Origin: Squalus acanthias
Taxonomy: Eukaryota
NCBI GenBank assembly: GCA_030390025.1
Contig: CM059432.1
Coordinates: forward strand, 50,036,001-50,100,000
Length of the DNA stretch: 64,000 nucleotides
Reading direction: 5' to 3'
Positions 1 through 12,131 of the stretch are shown in pieces. Both the position numbers and the translations under genes were made by a program. Under the pieces are notes generated by a model. It saw nothing but the letters and a program-made list of their open reading frames with translations, had not been told where the DNA came from and ran no database searches. The stretch's first letter is position 1. The number at the start of each line of letters is the position of its first letter.

Positions 1-759
1 GCGCACTGTTTGCTGCATATCACACTCACCATCTACACATCAGCATGCCTCACACAACTCAACAAACCTTTGCTGCAGCCACACATTAATAAGCTCACCT
101 TCTTTCTGCAGGACAACTTGGCACACAATAACCATGAATGGATGAGAGTAGGATTCCATGGAGCAGAAAGCCCTGGAGACTGTGGACACAGGCCTCCCAC
201 AGAGCATCGGGGATGCATTCCCTGTCTAGCCTGTCAATTCCCTTCATTATTTTAAGCACCTCTTATCGTAGCTGAGTCCATTCATTCCAGGTATCATTCT
301 CGTGAATTGTCAGCGAACTTTCTCCAAGGCCGTTATAAATTTGCTGAAGAAAGTCCTCAAAACTGAACACAATGGCCTAGATTTTACAAACTGTTATCCC
401 TGATCAACAAGTTTAACAGATTGAAATGCAGTCCAGAAAAAAGGGGCAGAGCTCCGTGAAGGTTTGCGTTAGCATTTAGAGGCCATTTATGTAACCTTTT
501 CCTCATTTATTTATTTTTCTCTATCCACTTAGCTTGTTGGGTACTTTTGTACTAAATGTTGGGACACTACCATTTTTGCCAACATCAACAATAATAGCAA
601 GATGTGTTTTTTCATGTGAATCTCCCTTTACTTTATTTTGAGACAAAGAATAAGACCAACGCAAGGATATCAAGCTGCGCCCAAAGTGTCCTGCGACCGC
701 CCACTGGTACCCTCACTCCTGCATCTGTAGGGGCACGTACCTCCAATTGTCAGAGCAGC

Positions 760-1150
760 AGTGTCTGTGCAGGCTTAGCTTTACAACAAAGGTTATTAGA
801 GAGTTATGTGGCATGCACTAAGGTGAGCTGCAGCCAAATTCCACCACAGGCATGATGGTCAAGGTCGCAACCATTTTTAATTTTCCTGCTCAGGATCAAT
901 TCAGGTTACCAGTGGAAATATTAGCAACATAAGCCAGTCAGTTGTCCATAGATGTATAATGCATGTGACCAGTGCCTTATTTTGCTTAAGCAATACATTT
1001 CATCTCCTTCCCCAGCGACAACTGGCAGCATAACAAAAATGTTTTAGAGGTAATGTTAGAGTGATAGGATTCCCACAGGTCCAGGGGAGTATAGGCTGAA
1101 TCATGTGTAGTATAGGTTGAATCATGTGGAGTATAGGTTGAATCATGTGG
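760..1150 (+). pseudogene. Highly decayed Harbinger transposase fragment
   Basis: Manual translation across frameshifts gives CLCRLSFTTKVIRELC...VKVATIFNF.GSIQVTSGNISNISQSVVHRCIMHVTSALF...GFPQVQG, which parallels the intact transposase at 10659-11819. Confidence 0.7.
1087..1149 (+). repeat. 21-bp tandem repeat x3 (GAGTATAGGYTGAATCATGTG)
   Basis: Three adjacent units at 1087-1107, 1108-1128 and 1129-1149. Confidence 0.9.
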
Positions 1151-1557
1151 CAATAGCTCACAACATGATCTATTGCACAATGTCACTAGTTACAAGTTGA
1201 AAATGAATATACACTGTAGACTGTTCTGTGCTCCCACACTCCTAGCAGGAAAGCTGAACCTGCAGGGAGCACAGGTCAAATATAAGACTAGAACATTGTA
1301 GCCCCGATTCTCTGAGCTGTGCTTCCTGCTAGCGTGGCTCTCCCCTGGGAATGTGGATAATAGAATTACCCCTTATGAATGTTCAGCTTGTTTGCAACCA
1401 ATAGCATTAAGTTAGGCAAGTACATATTCACTTCCCATAGGACGATTGAATACATTAAGGGCGTGAGCAAAAGAACACGTCCAGATGAAGGTCGGATGTT
1501 GGAAGTCATTATGGTCATTCATGGTAAGCACTTTAACATAATGTAAGGGGGAGGTAT

Positions 1558-2236
1558 GGGCTGGATTTTCATTGACCCGTGGAGGTGGGTTTGGAGGCGT
1601 GTGGGGGGTTAAAATTGCGAAAACTGGCGGGCGGGCACAAGCCCGCCTCCATCCCGCTTCCACGCAATTTTCATTAAATCGTGTCTGCTGGTCCCGACTC
1701 CGTCCCGCCTCTAAGAGGCGGGATAGGCTGTTAAGGCCCTTAACAAGCACTAAATTGCCTCTATAATGCCATTTTGAAAGGCCTTTGTGATTTTAACCCT
1801 TTTTCTACGTGAAGCACGCCTGTTCTGAACCACGAATGTGAAACCTGGCAGGAGCACATTTGGATAGCTGACTATCGCTGGCTGGCTGGCTGGCTGATCT
1901 GGGAGTGGTGGTGGATGGGAGACATATCTGGGAGTGGTGGTGCAAAAATATCTGGGAGCAGACTTAGGGCTGCTGCTGCTCATTTTGTATCCAGGTCCTC
2001 TCACAGCAAAGGCCAGGCAGTCTCTGAAGACCTTCAATGCAGCAGCAATGATGACATCATCAGAGGCGACTTTCAGACTGAAAACACTAATTGGGTCATG
2101 GGTTCCCACATGCTGGAACTCAATTGCCCAATTAGGTGAAAATCGCATCAATCTCCCACATCCAATTGCAGTCGGGTGGATAACACGAAAAGTGGATGAC
2201 ACGACCCCAACCCGCCCCAGTATCAAAATCCAGCCC
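1558..2236 (-). mobile_element. Non-autonomous Harbinger (family C) deletion derivative/MITE
   Basis: TIRs GGGCTGGATTTT...AAAATCCAGCCC. Both ends match the reverse complement of the ends of 20287-23478; the ORF track shows a shared ...QNRRASR.K.VKITKAFQNGIIEAI. No clean TSD. Confidence 0.85.
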
Positions 2237-2839
2237 ATAGTGCACTGCATTGATGGAAGGTAACAATGTGCTCTCCAACCTTGGCTGACTTGATATGATT
2301 ATTTTAAACTTCTTCGGGCACTGCTTTTATGTGCAAGGAAAAATGGCGGGGGCATTGGCATTAGTTGCCACCTTCTGCTATTCTCCCTGGCCTGCTCTTC
2401 TTATAGCCCTGTGGTGCTCATTGCTTAAGAGCACCCTCTCCTCTGCCAGACTTCCTACAGGAGAATTTTGATGATCTCCAACAGACAAATGCCCCAATCT
2501 CTGTCTTCCTTCCCTCATTAAACACAGTATTGTCCAAACTACTTTCCTGTTTTTATCAAAGTGTGCAATCACCATGCCTGCCCCCTTAAGTCCTGCAGCA
2601 GCATCAGATATCCTGGCCACTAAAGGATGAGCTCCCAACCACAGACATGTTCTACTCCAGGAGCTCACCCATGCTATCAATATGAGGCTGGAAACACAAA
2701 AGGGTCAGAGTACTAAAGGTTGGGCAGATGTTCCGCACTGTCTGACATCTGATCGAGTGCACACTTGATCGGAAAATTTAAGTTAATTCTTCAAATGGAG
2801 TCTGACTGGCCCTCTGAAAACTGCACTAGTACTTTCTCT

Positions 2840-3170
2840 TATACGCTATACCTCTTGTAATGGACACTAGCATCCCATTTGCTTCCTTGATCACTTTTTG
2901 CACCTGTGAGTGAACTTTTAATGACATAAGTACCTGACCCTAAATTATCTTGTTCATTTGCCCCCCTAACCCAAAGCTTCCCAAATTCGACTGTATTCAC
3001 ATTGGCCATTATATTGCATTGCATCTGCCATTGTTTTGTCTATTTACTTAACCTATTTATGTATTTTTGCAATTTTCTGCTTTCTGTTTCGCAGTTCAAT
3101 GTGTCTCTAATTTAGTCTAATACCATATTTGATTGGACTCACCTTCATTCCCAAATCCAGATCATGGTAA
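2840..3170 (-). mobile_element. Old CR1 LINE RT fragment
   Basis: Decayed match to the CR1 'WADKWQMQFN..K' region on the minus strand. Confidence 0.5.
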
Positions 3171-3516
3171 TTTTACATATTCACTCCTGGTGAGCAATTC
3201 GGGTGTGATTAAAATTAACAGGCAGAAAATCATGTGGAGCACATGTCCAAGTTGACTCACAGTACGTTCTGCACCGGGAGTATGAATTCGTAAAATGACC
3301 TATGTTGACTTAAAAGATGAGGCCCCAGTGCTGGTCCTTACAGACAACAGGGGACTAATATTCCAGCACATTACCCCCCTGTGTGCACCAGGTCATGGGT
3401 GTATGGACCGGAAAAAGAGCTCTGCAATATCAGGTTATTGCCTCTTTTATGCATGAGGCACATTTCCAGTGGGTAGGAACTTCATTATAGTATTCAAGTG
3501 ATTCAGGAGTGACATC

Positions 3517-4520
3517 GGTCCCGATATTCACTCTGGCCATGAAGAGAGCGGGGCGGCGGGGGAGGACTTCTGGATGGTATGGCTATCCCGGACATCCTGC
3601 TGAAATGATCTGCAGGATGACTTTTACATTTTTTCAGCAGGTTTCAGGGAAAGCAGCTGGGGAGCGGATGCCAGGTAAATAGGAGATCAGGGGAGGGCGG
3701 TGTGCGGCCGATCGTGGGGTGTGTAAATAGGTTAGCTTGTTGGGCCTAGAGGAAGCACTCCTGTGCCGTGGCTCAGTGGGTAGCACTCTGGCCTCGGGGG
3801 CAGAAGGTTGTGGGTTCACGTCCCACTCAAGGGACTTGAGCACAACAAATCTAGGCTGACACTTCCTCAGAAGTGCTGTCTTTCAGATGAGATGTTAAAC
3901 CGAGGCCCTGTTTGCTTTCTCACATGGACATAAAAGATCCAATGGCCCTATTTCAAAGAGCAGCAGAGTTATCCCCAGTGTCCTGGCCAATATTTATCCC
4001 TCAATCAACATAATAAAAACAGATTATCTGGTCATTATCACATTGCTGTTTGTGGGAGCTTGCTGTGTGCAAATTGCCTGACGTGTTTCCTACATTACAA
4101 CAGTGACGACACTCCAAAAGTACTTAATTGGCTGTAAAGCGCTTTGAGACGTCCAGTGATCGTGAAAGGCGTTATATAAATCCAAGTCTTCTTCTTTGCT
4201 CCTGCTGGCCCACAAGCAGTGCTGTAAATGAATTTGTCTCATGGATCCGGCCCTTCTTGCCTCCTTTTACCTGCCGGGATTCTTGAACTTCAGGAAACGC
4301 GGCCTTGGTTAAAAATAAAAGACCTGTTAAAATGGATGCCAACAACGGCCTCCTTAAAAGCTTTTACTGACAGCTTACTGAGCAGATTGATCGCCTGCCC
4401 CCTGAACCGCCACCGTTAAAACCGGAAGTTTGGAGGTTGGAGATGGGTTGGGGTCGGGTTTGAGATTTTTAAAATTGTTACTTCCAACCCACCCATCCTT
4501 GGGGGTTAACACTCCTCCTA
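3517..4520. mobile_element. MITE-like element interrupted by a SINE; a second copy lies inverted at ~24885-25492
   Basis: 3520-3765 and 4198-4400 are collinear with the reverse complement of 24885-25490 (e.g. ATGGATCCGGCCCTTCT, TTAAAAATAAAA, GCCTCCTTAAAA). Ends approximate. Confidence 0.6.
3765..4197 (+). mobile_element. tRNA-derived SINE with Deu-like core (SacSINE1/DeuSINE-like)
   Basis: A box TGGCTCAGTGG, B box GGTTCACGTCCC, core AAAAGATCC...GTGTCCTGGCCAATATTTATCCCTCAA...CTGGTCATTATCACATTGCTGTTTGTGG, L2-like tail AAAGGCGTTATATAAAT. Confidence 0.85.
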
Positions 4521-4714
4521 TGCCAAAATAACACATGCCATGTCTTTTTTGGGGCTTCACGCTGGATTCACCCCACTTTGAAATCATACCCAAAAATAAT
4601 GGGCATCCAGGGTTGCTAGACAGTGAGTTGTACACAGCAATAAAGCCCAGTCGGACTCCATTAGGTTAACTGCTGGCATAAGACCAGGGCTGGGGTTGGA
4701 TGCTTATACTTGTT

Positions 4715-5458
4715 GGCCCAAAAATTAGTCTCACTACGCGAGAGTACGCACTGTGTACTCTCGCGTATTCTGTCTCCAATTGCCGGTTTTCTGCATGCAC
4801 TGCGCATGCGCTGAAAACCGGCACTTGGTGATTTCAAAAGGGGGCGGTTCCTAAGTGAACCGCGTGCGCGCTACAGGCTGCGCGCACGCAGTGCACTTAG
4901 TGCTTTGAACGTGCAGGTAAGCATGGAAGATTTTGCACATAAAGAAAGGAGGCGTAAGACCCTCTTTTAACAAGGTAAGTAGTTAATTAAGTATTATTTT
5001 GAATTTTTTTCAACAGGTATATCTTTTTTAGAGACTTTAAAGAAAGGTAAGTTTATTTTTATAACTTTTAAAAAGATTTTAAATTTTTTCAAAAATTTAA
5101 TTTTTTGTTTAAAGTGGTTAATTTATTTAACTATACTTATTTTATTAATGTGATGGTTTTTAAAAAAATTTAATTGAGGTTTAGCTGTTCTTTTGGGGGG
5201 GTATAGTATTCATAGCTTTCACAGCCCTTGCTGTGAAAACTATGAATGAAAGATGGTGTGCTGCCATTGGCTCTAACTGAATCACGTGATCCCACAGCTC
5301 GCACGAATTAACTGCGTCTGTGGGATACGCACACACTGCACAGCTGCTGTCTAGAAACTCAAGTTCGTGCGAGCTCGGAAGGAAAAGGCAGGCGCGCAGT
5401 GAGATATCGCGGGGAAGCCTTACCCCAGCAGGAAGGCTCCGTCTTTAATTTCTGGGCC
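4715..5458 (-). mobile_element. Harbinger family B MITE (744 bp)
   Basis: TIRs GGCCCAAAAATT / AATTTCTGGGCC; flanks GTT/ATT; inverted homolog of 19144-19887 and 62632-63395. Confidence 0.9.
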
Positions 5459-6204
5459 ATTATTCAAATGAGCTGCCCCTGAAAAATTGTGGGTAGTCGA
5501 TTCAGTGCACTGCTGGTCAGCAGCTAGCCATTCCTGGCTCCACTTAAGTAATTGCAAAATTGACCCTTATGGGGGTGTAATTGGTCTTGGGCAGTAGCAC
5601 AAAACAGGGAAGAGCAAATCGGCAGCCCGTTTCACACCCCACCCGCTTTTCTTTAGCATTGAATTAAATGAAAAAGAAAATTGTATAACCGCTTGCACGC
5701 TGCAAGTGTGGCTCCCCACCGGGAGCACGAGATTGTGGCATTATTCCTTTTGTAATATTTGTATTATGCTTGTCTTCATTCTGATGCCTAGTGAATGATG
5801 CATCATGCGTGTAAGAGTAAACTTTGGGACACTTGATTATTGAGCAATTTTCATTATCCACAAGGGGTCTTCTCTATTACAGCAGATAATGGAAGTTCCA
5901 ATGTACTTCAGTAATTTGAATCAGGCAAAGGTGAATTGCTGCACAAAATAGAGAGATGTCCAAAAGAATCATAGAGTTACAATAAAATGATAAATTGGCT
6001 GGGAAACAATTTTGGAAATTCACCGATTTTTAAAACCAGAAGTGCGTAAATGGGTGTTAGGCTATGGCTCCTTGCTGTGTTTGCCAGCTGATATATAGTG
6101 ACTACTGATCATTTATTTACTTCATTGAATTGCACCTTAAAGAGTCATTAAAAGTAATGACATCCATTGCCACTGGAAATGGTTCATGTATAAGTTACAA
6201 TCAA

Positions 6205-6334
6205 GGGATAGATTTTCAACCTGCCACCTGAGTATCAAGCTGGCATCGAGGTTCGGCCGCCCATTATAGAAACCACCTGATTTTCATTGAAAATGTGGTT
6301 TTATAACCAGACGGTAGCTTCAGAAACTGACTCC
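6205..6334. mobile_element. Tiny Harbinger-like MITE
   Basis: GGGATAGATTTTC...GAAACTGACTCC flanked by CAA/CAA. Confidence 0.4.
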
Positions 6335-6594
6335 CAAGTGTTTGAACAAATAAATAGCAGTGGCTGCTTTCAGTCCTGTTTATGCCTATTTCATATTGCA
6401 ATCTTTACAGTAAAGTTAGTTTTTTAATTCTAGAAATATTTATAGAATGTCTGTAATCTGAAATAATACTACAACTGGAACATATTGTTTATCGTTTCAT
6501 GGGTTGAAATGCAGATTGATTTCTGCAGACATGAACTAACAAGGAGAATACAGTAGCTTTGTGGCAGATATGCAGAGACCTGTACCCATGTAAC

Positions 6595-7020
6595 ACACTC
6601 GCCTCTGAGTCAGAAGGTTGTGGATTCAAGTCCCACTCCAGGGACTTGAGCAAATAAAGCTAGGCTGACACTCCAGTGCAGTGCTGAGGGAGTGCTGCAC
6701 TGTCGGAGATGCCGTCTTTCAGCTGAGACGTTAAACCAAGCTGCTCTCTCAGGTGGACATAAAAGATCCCATGGCACTATTTTCGAAGAAGAGCAGGGGA
6801 GTTATCTCCAGTGTCCTGGCCAATATTTATCCCTCAACCAACATAACAAAAACAGATTATCTGGTCATTATCACATTGCTGTTTGTGGGACCTTGCTGTG
6901 CGCAAATTGGCTGCCGCATTTCCCACACTACAACAGTGACTCTACTTCATTGGCTGTAAAGCGCTTTGAGACGTCCGGTGGTCATGAAAGGCACTATATA
7001 AATGCAAGTCTTTCTTCTTT
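6595..7020 (+). mobile_element. DeuSINE/SacSINE1-like SINE, 5' slightly truncated
   Basis: Same core and tail as 3765-4197. Confidence 0.85.
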
Positions 7021-9134
7021 CATGTTTATTGCATTATATGAAATTTGTAATGGGGAAAACAGTCGAGTAAAACATAAGGGTCATAAATTTACTTACGATT
7101 TGCAGTGAGTTTGGGGCATCAGTACAATGCACCAGCAGTTTTTGGGGTGTATCTGTTACCTAGCATCAGCTGATCCTGCCAGAAGCACTTTACTGTGCAA
7201 CCTGGAGGAACTTTGAAGAGTGTGCTACAGGAGAGATTTTGAAACTTTTATTCTAAGTTACACCTGGACAGAGCTGATCATGCCTCTGACATAGAGTCAA
7301 AGAGACATAATGGCACAGAAGGAGGCCATTCGGCCCATCGAGTCCGTGCCGGCTCTGTGTAGAGCAATCCAGTCAGTCCCATTCCCCCGCTCTATCCCCG
7401 TAGCCCTGCAAGTTAATTTCCCTCAAGTGCCTATCCAGTCTCCCCTTGAAAACATTGAGTGTCTCTGCTTCCACCACTTCCGTCGGCAGCGAGTTCTAGG
7501 TCCTCACCACTTGCTGCGTAAAAAAGTTTTTCCTCACGTCCCCCCTGTATCCCTTGCCCAAAACCTTAAATCTGTGTCCCCTAGTCCTTGTACCATCAAC
7601 AACTGGGAACAGCCTTTCCCTGTCTAGCCTATCTAAACCCGTCATAATCTTGTAAACCTCTATCAAATCACCCCTCAACCTCCTTTGCTCTAATGAAAAG
7701 AAATCCAGCTTCTCCAACCTGTCCTTGTAGCTAAGATCCTCCATCCCCAGAACCATTCTGGTAAATCTCCTCTGCACCCTCTCAAGTGCCTTCACACCCT
7801 TCCTAAAGTGTGGTGACCAGAACTGGACGCAATACTCCAGTTGTGGCCTAACCAGCGCTTTATAAAGGTTCAGCATAGCTTCCCTACTTTTGTACTCAAT
7901 ACCTCTATTTATGAAGCCCAAGATCCCATATGCTTTGCTAACCACTCTCTCAATATGTCCCACCACCTTCAGGGACCAATGCACATTAACTCCCAGGTCC
8001 CTCTGTCCCTGCACACCCTGTAAAACTGTGCGATTAAGTGTATATTGCCTCTCCCTGTTCCTTCTGCCAAAATGCATCACCTCACACTCTCTGTATTAAA
8101 TTCCATCTGTCACTTGTCTGCCCATTCTGCTAGCCTTTCTATGTCCTGTTGCGGTCGATTGGTCTCATCATCACTGTTTGCCACACCCCCAAGTTTGGTG
8201 TCATCGGCAACTTTAGAAATTCTACTCTGTATTCCAATATCCAGGTCATTTATATATATCAAAAAAAGCAGTGGCCCCAGCACTGACCCTTGGGGAACAC
8301 CACTGTCTACCATCCTCCAGTCTGAAAAACAGCCATTTACCACAACTCGCTGTTTTCTGTCCTTAAGCCAATTCCTTATCCAAGCTGCCACTGACCCACC
8401 TATTCCATGAGCCTCAATTTTGTTAACCAGCCTTCTATGTGGTACTTTGTTAAACGCCTTCCTAAAATCCATGTAGACAACATCCATTGCATTCCCTTCA
8501 TCAGTCCTCCCTGTTACTTCATCAAAAAATTCAATTAGATTAGTCAAACATGATCTGCCTGTTACAAATCCGATTTGGCTCTCCTTAATTAGCTTAAACC
8601 TCTCCAAGTGCCCGGTAATTTTTTCCTTGATTATTGTTTCTAATACTTTACCCACCACTGATGTTAAACTGACCGTCTGTAGTTACTAGGATTGTCCTTA
8701 CACCCTTTCTTGAACAATGGTGTCACATTTGCCACTTTTCAATCCTCAGTCACCTCCCCTGCATCTCAGGAAGATTGGAAAATTATGGCAAGCCCTTCCG
8801 CTAACTCCTCCCCCAATTCCCTTAGCAATCTGGGATGCAAGCCATCTGGACCAGGCGACTTATCCACTCAAAGCATACCCAGCCTTTCTAGTAGATCCTG
8901 TCTATCAATTGTCACCCCTTCCATTGCTTCTACCTTTTCCACTTCTACTGATATTTTATCAGCATCCACCTCCTTAGTAAACACCGATACAAAGTACTCA
9001 TTGAGTATTTGAGCCTTGCCCTGCGCCTCTAAGCATATATCACCTTCTTTGTCTCTAATAGGCCCCACCCCGCTTCTTACTACCTGCTTACTGTTTACAT
9101 GCCGGTAGAAGATTTTTGGGTTCCCTTTTATGTT

Positions 9135-9383
9135 AACAGAAAAAGAGGGTGTATGATGAATGTCAGGTGAATTCTTCAAGGGAGAACCAGACCAAATACA
9201 ATAAGTTGAGAGGGAAAGTGTAGATGAAAATAAGATTGGCAAAGAGAGAATATGAGAGTACTCTCATATTCTCTCTTTGCCAATCTTATTTTCTCTACAC
9301 TTCCCCTCTCAACTTATTGTATTTGGTCTGGTTCTCCCTTGAAGAATTCACCTGACATTCATCATACACCCTCTTTTTCTGTT
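9135..9383. repeat. ~250-bp spacerless palindrome (fold-back duplication) inside CR1 ORF2
   Basis: Centre GAGAGT|ACTCTC at 9259/9260; ~125-bp arms; I see one substitution and one 1-bp indel between them. Confidence 0.95.
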
Positions 9384-10658
9384 TCATCATCTTCTCTATC
9401 TCCCTCGTCATCCAAGGATGCTTTGGTTACCTTACCCTTCCCTCTTGTTGGAATGTACCTAGCCTGTACTTGGAACATCTCTACCTTAAAGGTCACCCAT
9501 CGTTCCGTTGCAGTTTTTCCTGTCAGTCTTTGGCTCCATTTTACCCTGGCTAGATCCTTTCATATCCCATTGAAGTTAGCCCTATTCCAGTTTAGAAGTT
9601 CCACTCTAGATTGTTCCTTGCTCCTCTCCATTGCTAATCTAAATCTTATGATACGATGATCACTCATACCCAAGTGTTCTCCCACAGACACTTGTTCGAC
9701 CTGGCCCACCTCATTCCCAGCACCAGATCCAGCAATGCCTCCTTCCTAGTTGGGCCAAGAACACACTGGTCAAGGAAATTCTCCTGAACACACTTCAGAA
9801 ATTCCTCCCCCTCCTTTCCCTTTACCTTAGCATTATCCCAATCGATATTTGGGTAATTAAAGTCCCCCGATATCACCACTCTATAGCTCTTGCATATCTC
9901 TTCGATTTCCCTGCAGATTCGCTCCTCTACCTCCCTCTCACTATTTGGAGGACTGTAGAATACCCCCAATAGCGTGATCATACCCTTTTTGCTCCTCAAC
10001 TCTAACCAAATGGATTCTGTCCTTGTCCCCTCAGAAACATCCTCCCTTTCCAACACTACAATGTCTTCCTTAATCAGCACTGCCACCCCACCTCCCTTTT
10101 TTCCTTCCCGATCTTTTCTGAACACCTTGTACCCTTGAATATTAAGGGGTAAAAATTCAGTTGGTTGCGCCTCCCGTTAGCGCCTTAAGAGGGCGCTAAT
10201 GGGGCGCAAAGCCGCTAGCGCCTGGGCACAGCGATGTTTGCGCCACTCGGGAACTTAACTAGACATTGTGCGGCGGCGCTAAACTTTACCGCTGCGACCA
10301 CCTGCGCGCGCAGATTGTGACGTCATTCCATGGTGCAACGCCCTTGTGGTGCCCCGGAGCGGAAATTGAGTGGCGCCCCCTGCCTTACCGCCTGGCGCAT
10401 CCAACGACCGGAAGACTGGAACGCTATCAATCGCTGTGGGGCTGGGGGGGGGGCGCTATTTAAAGGGGGCCTCTTCCTGTCTTTTTCTGTGGTTGACATT
10501 TTTGCACCACTCGTTCTGAGAGAGAGAGAGAGATTCGGAGAGAGAGAAAGAGAGACTTCTGCATTGAGTCAACGCTGTGTGAGGTAGTTTTGCCTACTGA
10601 TCCTAATTTCGCTGGTACTTTGGTTGCTGTCCTTCATAACTTTGCTTGCAAAGAGACT

Positions 10659-11819
10659 ATGGGGGCTGCACTGATTGGGGGTGTCGTCCTGCTCCAGCTG
10701 AATCGGAGGACACAGAGACGCAGAGAGAGAGTGGCAATGATGGCCAGACGGAGGAGGGCCAACAGGCGTCTGTACAGGAGAGCTTACCCTCCCAGGGTAT
10801 ATCGTGAACAGCTCTCCTACATTCATATGTCTGAGGAGCTGTGTTTGCGAAGGCTGCGATTCAGCAAGGAGGTGGTCACTGAGCTCTGCCACCTGCTGCA
10901 GCCAGATCTGCAGCCTCAACTGAGGTCCAGGACGTCTCTGTCGGTGGCAGTGAAGGTCACAGTGGCTCTCAACTTCTATGCTACTGGCTCATTTCAAGCT
11001 GCTGCTGGGGACCTCGCCAATATCTCCCAGTTCGCGGTGCATTGCTGCATCCGGCAGGTCACAAATGCCCTCTTTAAAAGGAGACGAGAGTTCATCTCTT
11101 TCCCCATGACCCCAGACAAGCAGCGTGGCCGCGCTCTGGGCTTTGCGAGGATAGCGGGCTTCCCCATGGTGCAGGGCGCCATTGACTGCACGCATGTGGC
11201 TTTGCGTGCTCCACATGAGAATGCCGAGGAATTCCGGAACAGAAAGGGGTTCCATTCCTTGAATGTTCAGTTGGTCTGTGACCACAGACAGCTGATACTC
11301 GCTGTCAATGCCCACTATCCTGGCAGCAGCCACGATGCTTTCATCATGCGCCAGACTACTGTGGCAGAACTTTTCGAGGCACCGCATCAGCCAGTTGGTT
11401 GGCTTCTCGGGGACAAGGGGTATCCATTGAGCACCTGGCTGATGACACCGCTCCGTATGCCCAACACCCCTGCTGAGCTGCGGTACAATGAGAGCCATCA
11501 AGCTACCAGGAACATCACTGAGTGCACAATCGGCGTGCTGAAGCAACGGTTCCGCTGTCTCGACCATTCTGGAGGAGCCCTGCAGTACTCGCCTGAGCGA
11601 GTATCCAACGTCGTAGTTGAGTGCTGCATGTTGCATAACATGGCAATCGTCAGGACCCAGCCAATGCCACCAGGCCTTGGAGCACCACCAGAGGAGGAGG
11701 AGGAAGAGGAGGAAGAGGACGAGGAGGATGATCATCAGCAGCACCAAGGCGGGAGGGCGGCCCACAATGGTGAAACTGCAAGGGCCGTCCGTCAACGGCT
11801 GATAGCAAGCCGCTTCTAG
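10659..11819 (+). CDS. Harbinger DDE transposase (HARBI1-like, DDE_Tnp_4), 386 aa, intact
   Basis: Motifs GAIDCTHV, RNRKGFHSLNVQLVCD, PGSSHDAF, LGDKGYP, ITECTIGVLKQRFRCL, CCMLHN; acidic tail; first in-frame ATG at 10659. Confidence 0.95.
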   Translation: MGAALIGGVVLLQLNRRTQRRRERVAMMARRRRANRRLYRRAYPPRVYREQLSYIHMSEELCLRRLRFSKEVVTELCHLLQPDLQPQLRSRTSLSVAVKVTVALNFYATGSFQAAAGDLANISQFAVHCCIRQVTNALFKRRREFISFPMTPDKQRGRALGFARIAGFPMVQGAIDCTHVALRAPHENAEEFRNRKGFHSLNVQLVCDHRQLILAVNAHYPGSSHDAFIMRQTTVAELFEAPHQPVGWLLGDKGYPLSTWLMTPLRMPNTPAELRYNESHQATRNITECTIGVLKQRFRCLDHSGGALQYSPERVSNVVVECCMLHNMAIVRTQPMPPGLGAPPEEEEEEEEEDEEDDHQQHQGGRAAHNGETARAVRQRLIASRF

Positions 11820-12131
11820 GGCCCCTGCTGTGGAAATGGCTTCTGCCATTGCTAACAACATCAATGAACCCAGCACGCAACCCCTAAGCCGGCCAAGGCA
11901 CCAATGATTCCAAACACCAAACATGTATATTTTGAATACAAAAACTTATTTATTTTACAAACTCTGTGTGTGTCATTTCCTCATGACAAACTCATAGAAA
12001 TAAACACAAAAAAACAGTCATTAACATAACTGGTTCTCACAACCTGGAGATAATGTCCAAAACACTAGACAAAAGTTGGACCACGAACCTCGGCCTTTAA
12101 TAAAAAAATGACCAGCATTTTGTCACACCTC

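Noticed and set aside
3765..3850. tRNA genes at SINE heads (also 18530-18623, 23558-23645, 41961-42040)
   Set aside because: A/B boxes run directly into SINE or LINE bodies; no complete cloverleaf.
10659..11819. Calling this ORF (or 59726-60874) the domesticated host gene HARBI1
   Set aside because: Both lie between TIRs with TSDs and a partner Myb gene, so they are transposon-borne.
10989..11924. 311-aa minus-strand ORF with a hydrophobic stretch
   Set aside because: Antisense shadow of the transposase; the hydrophobic run is the reverse complement of the poly-Glu codons.
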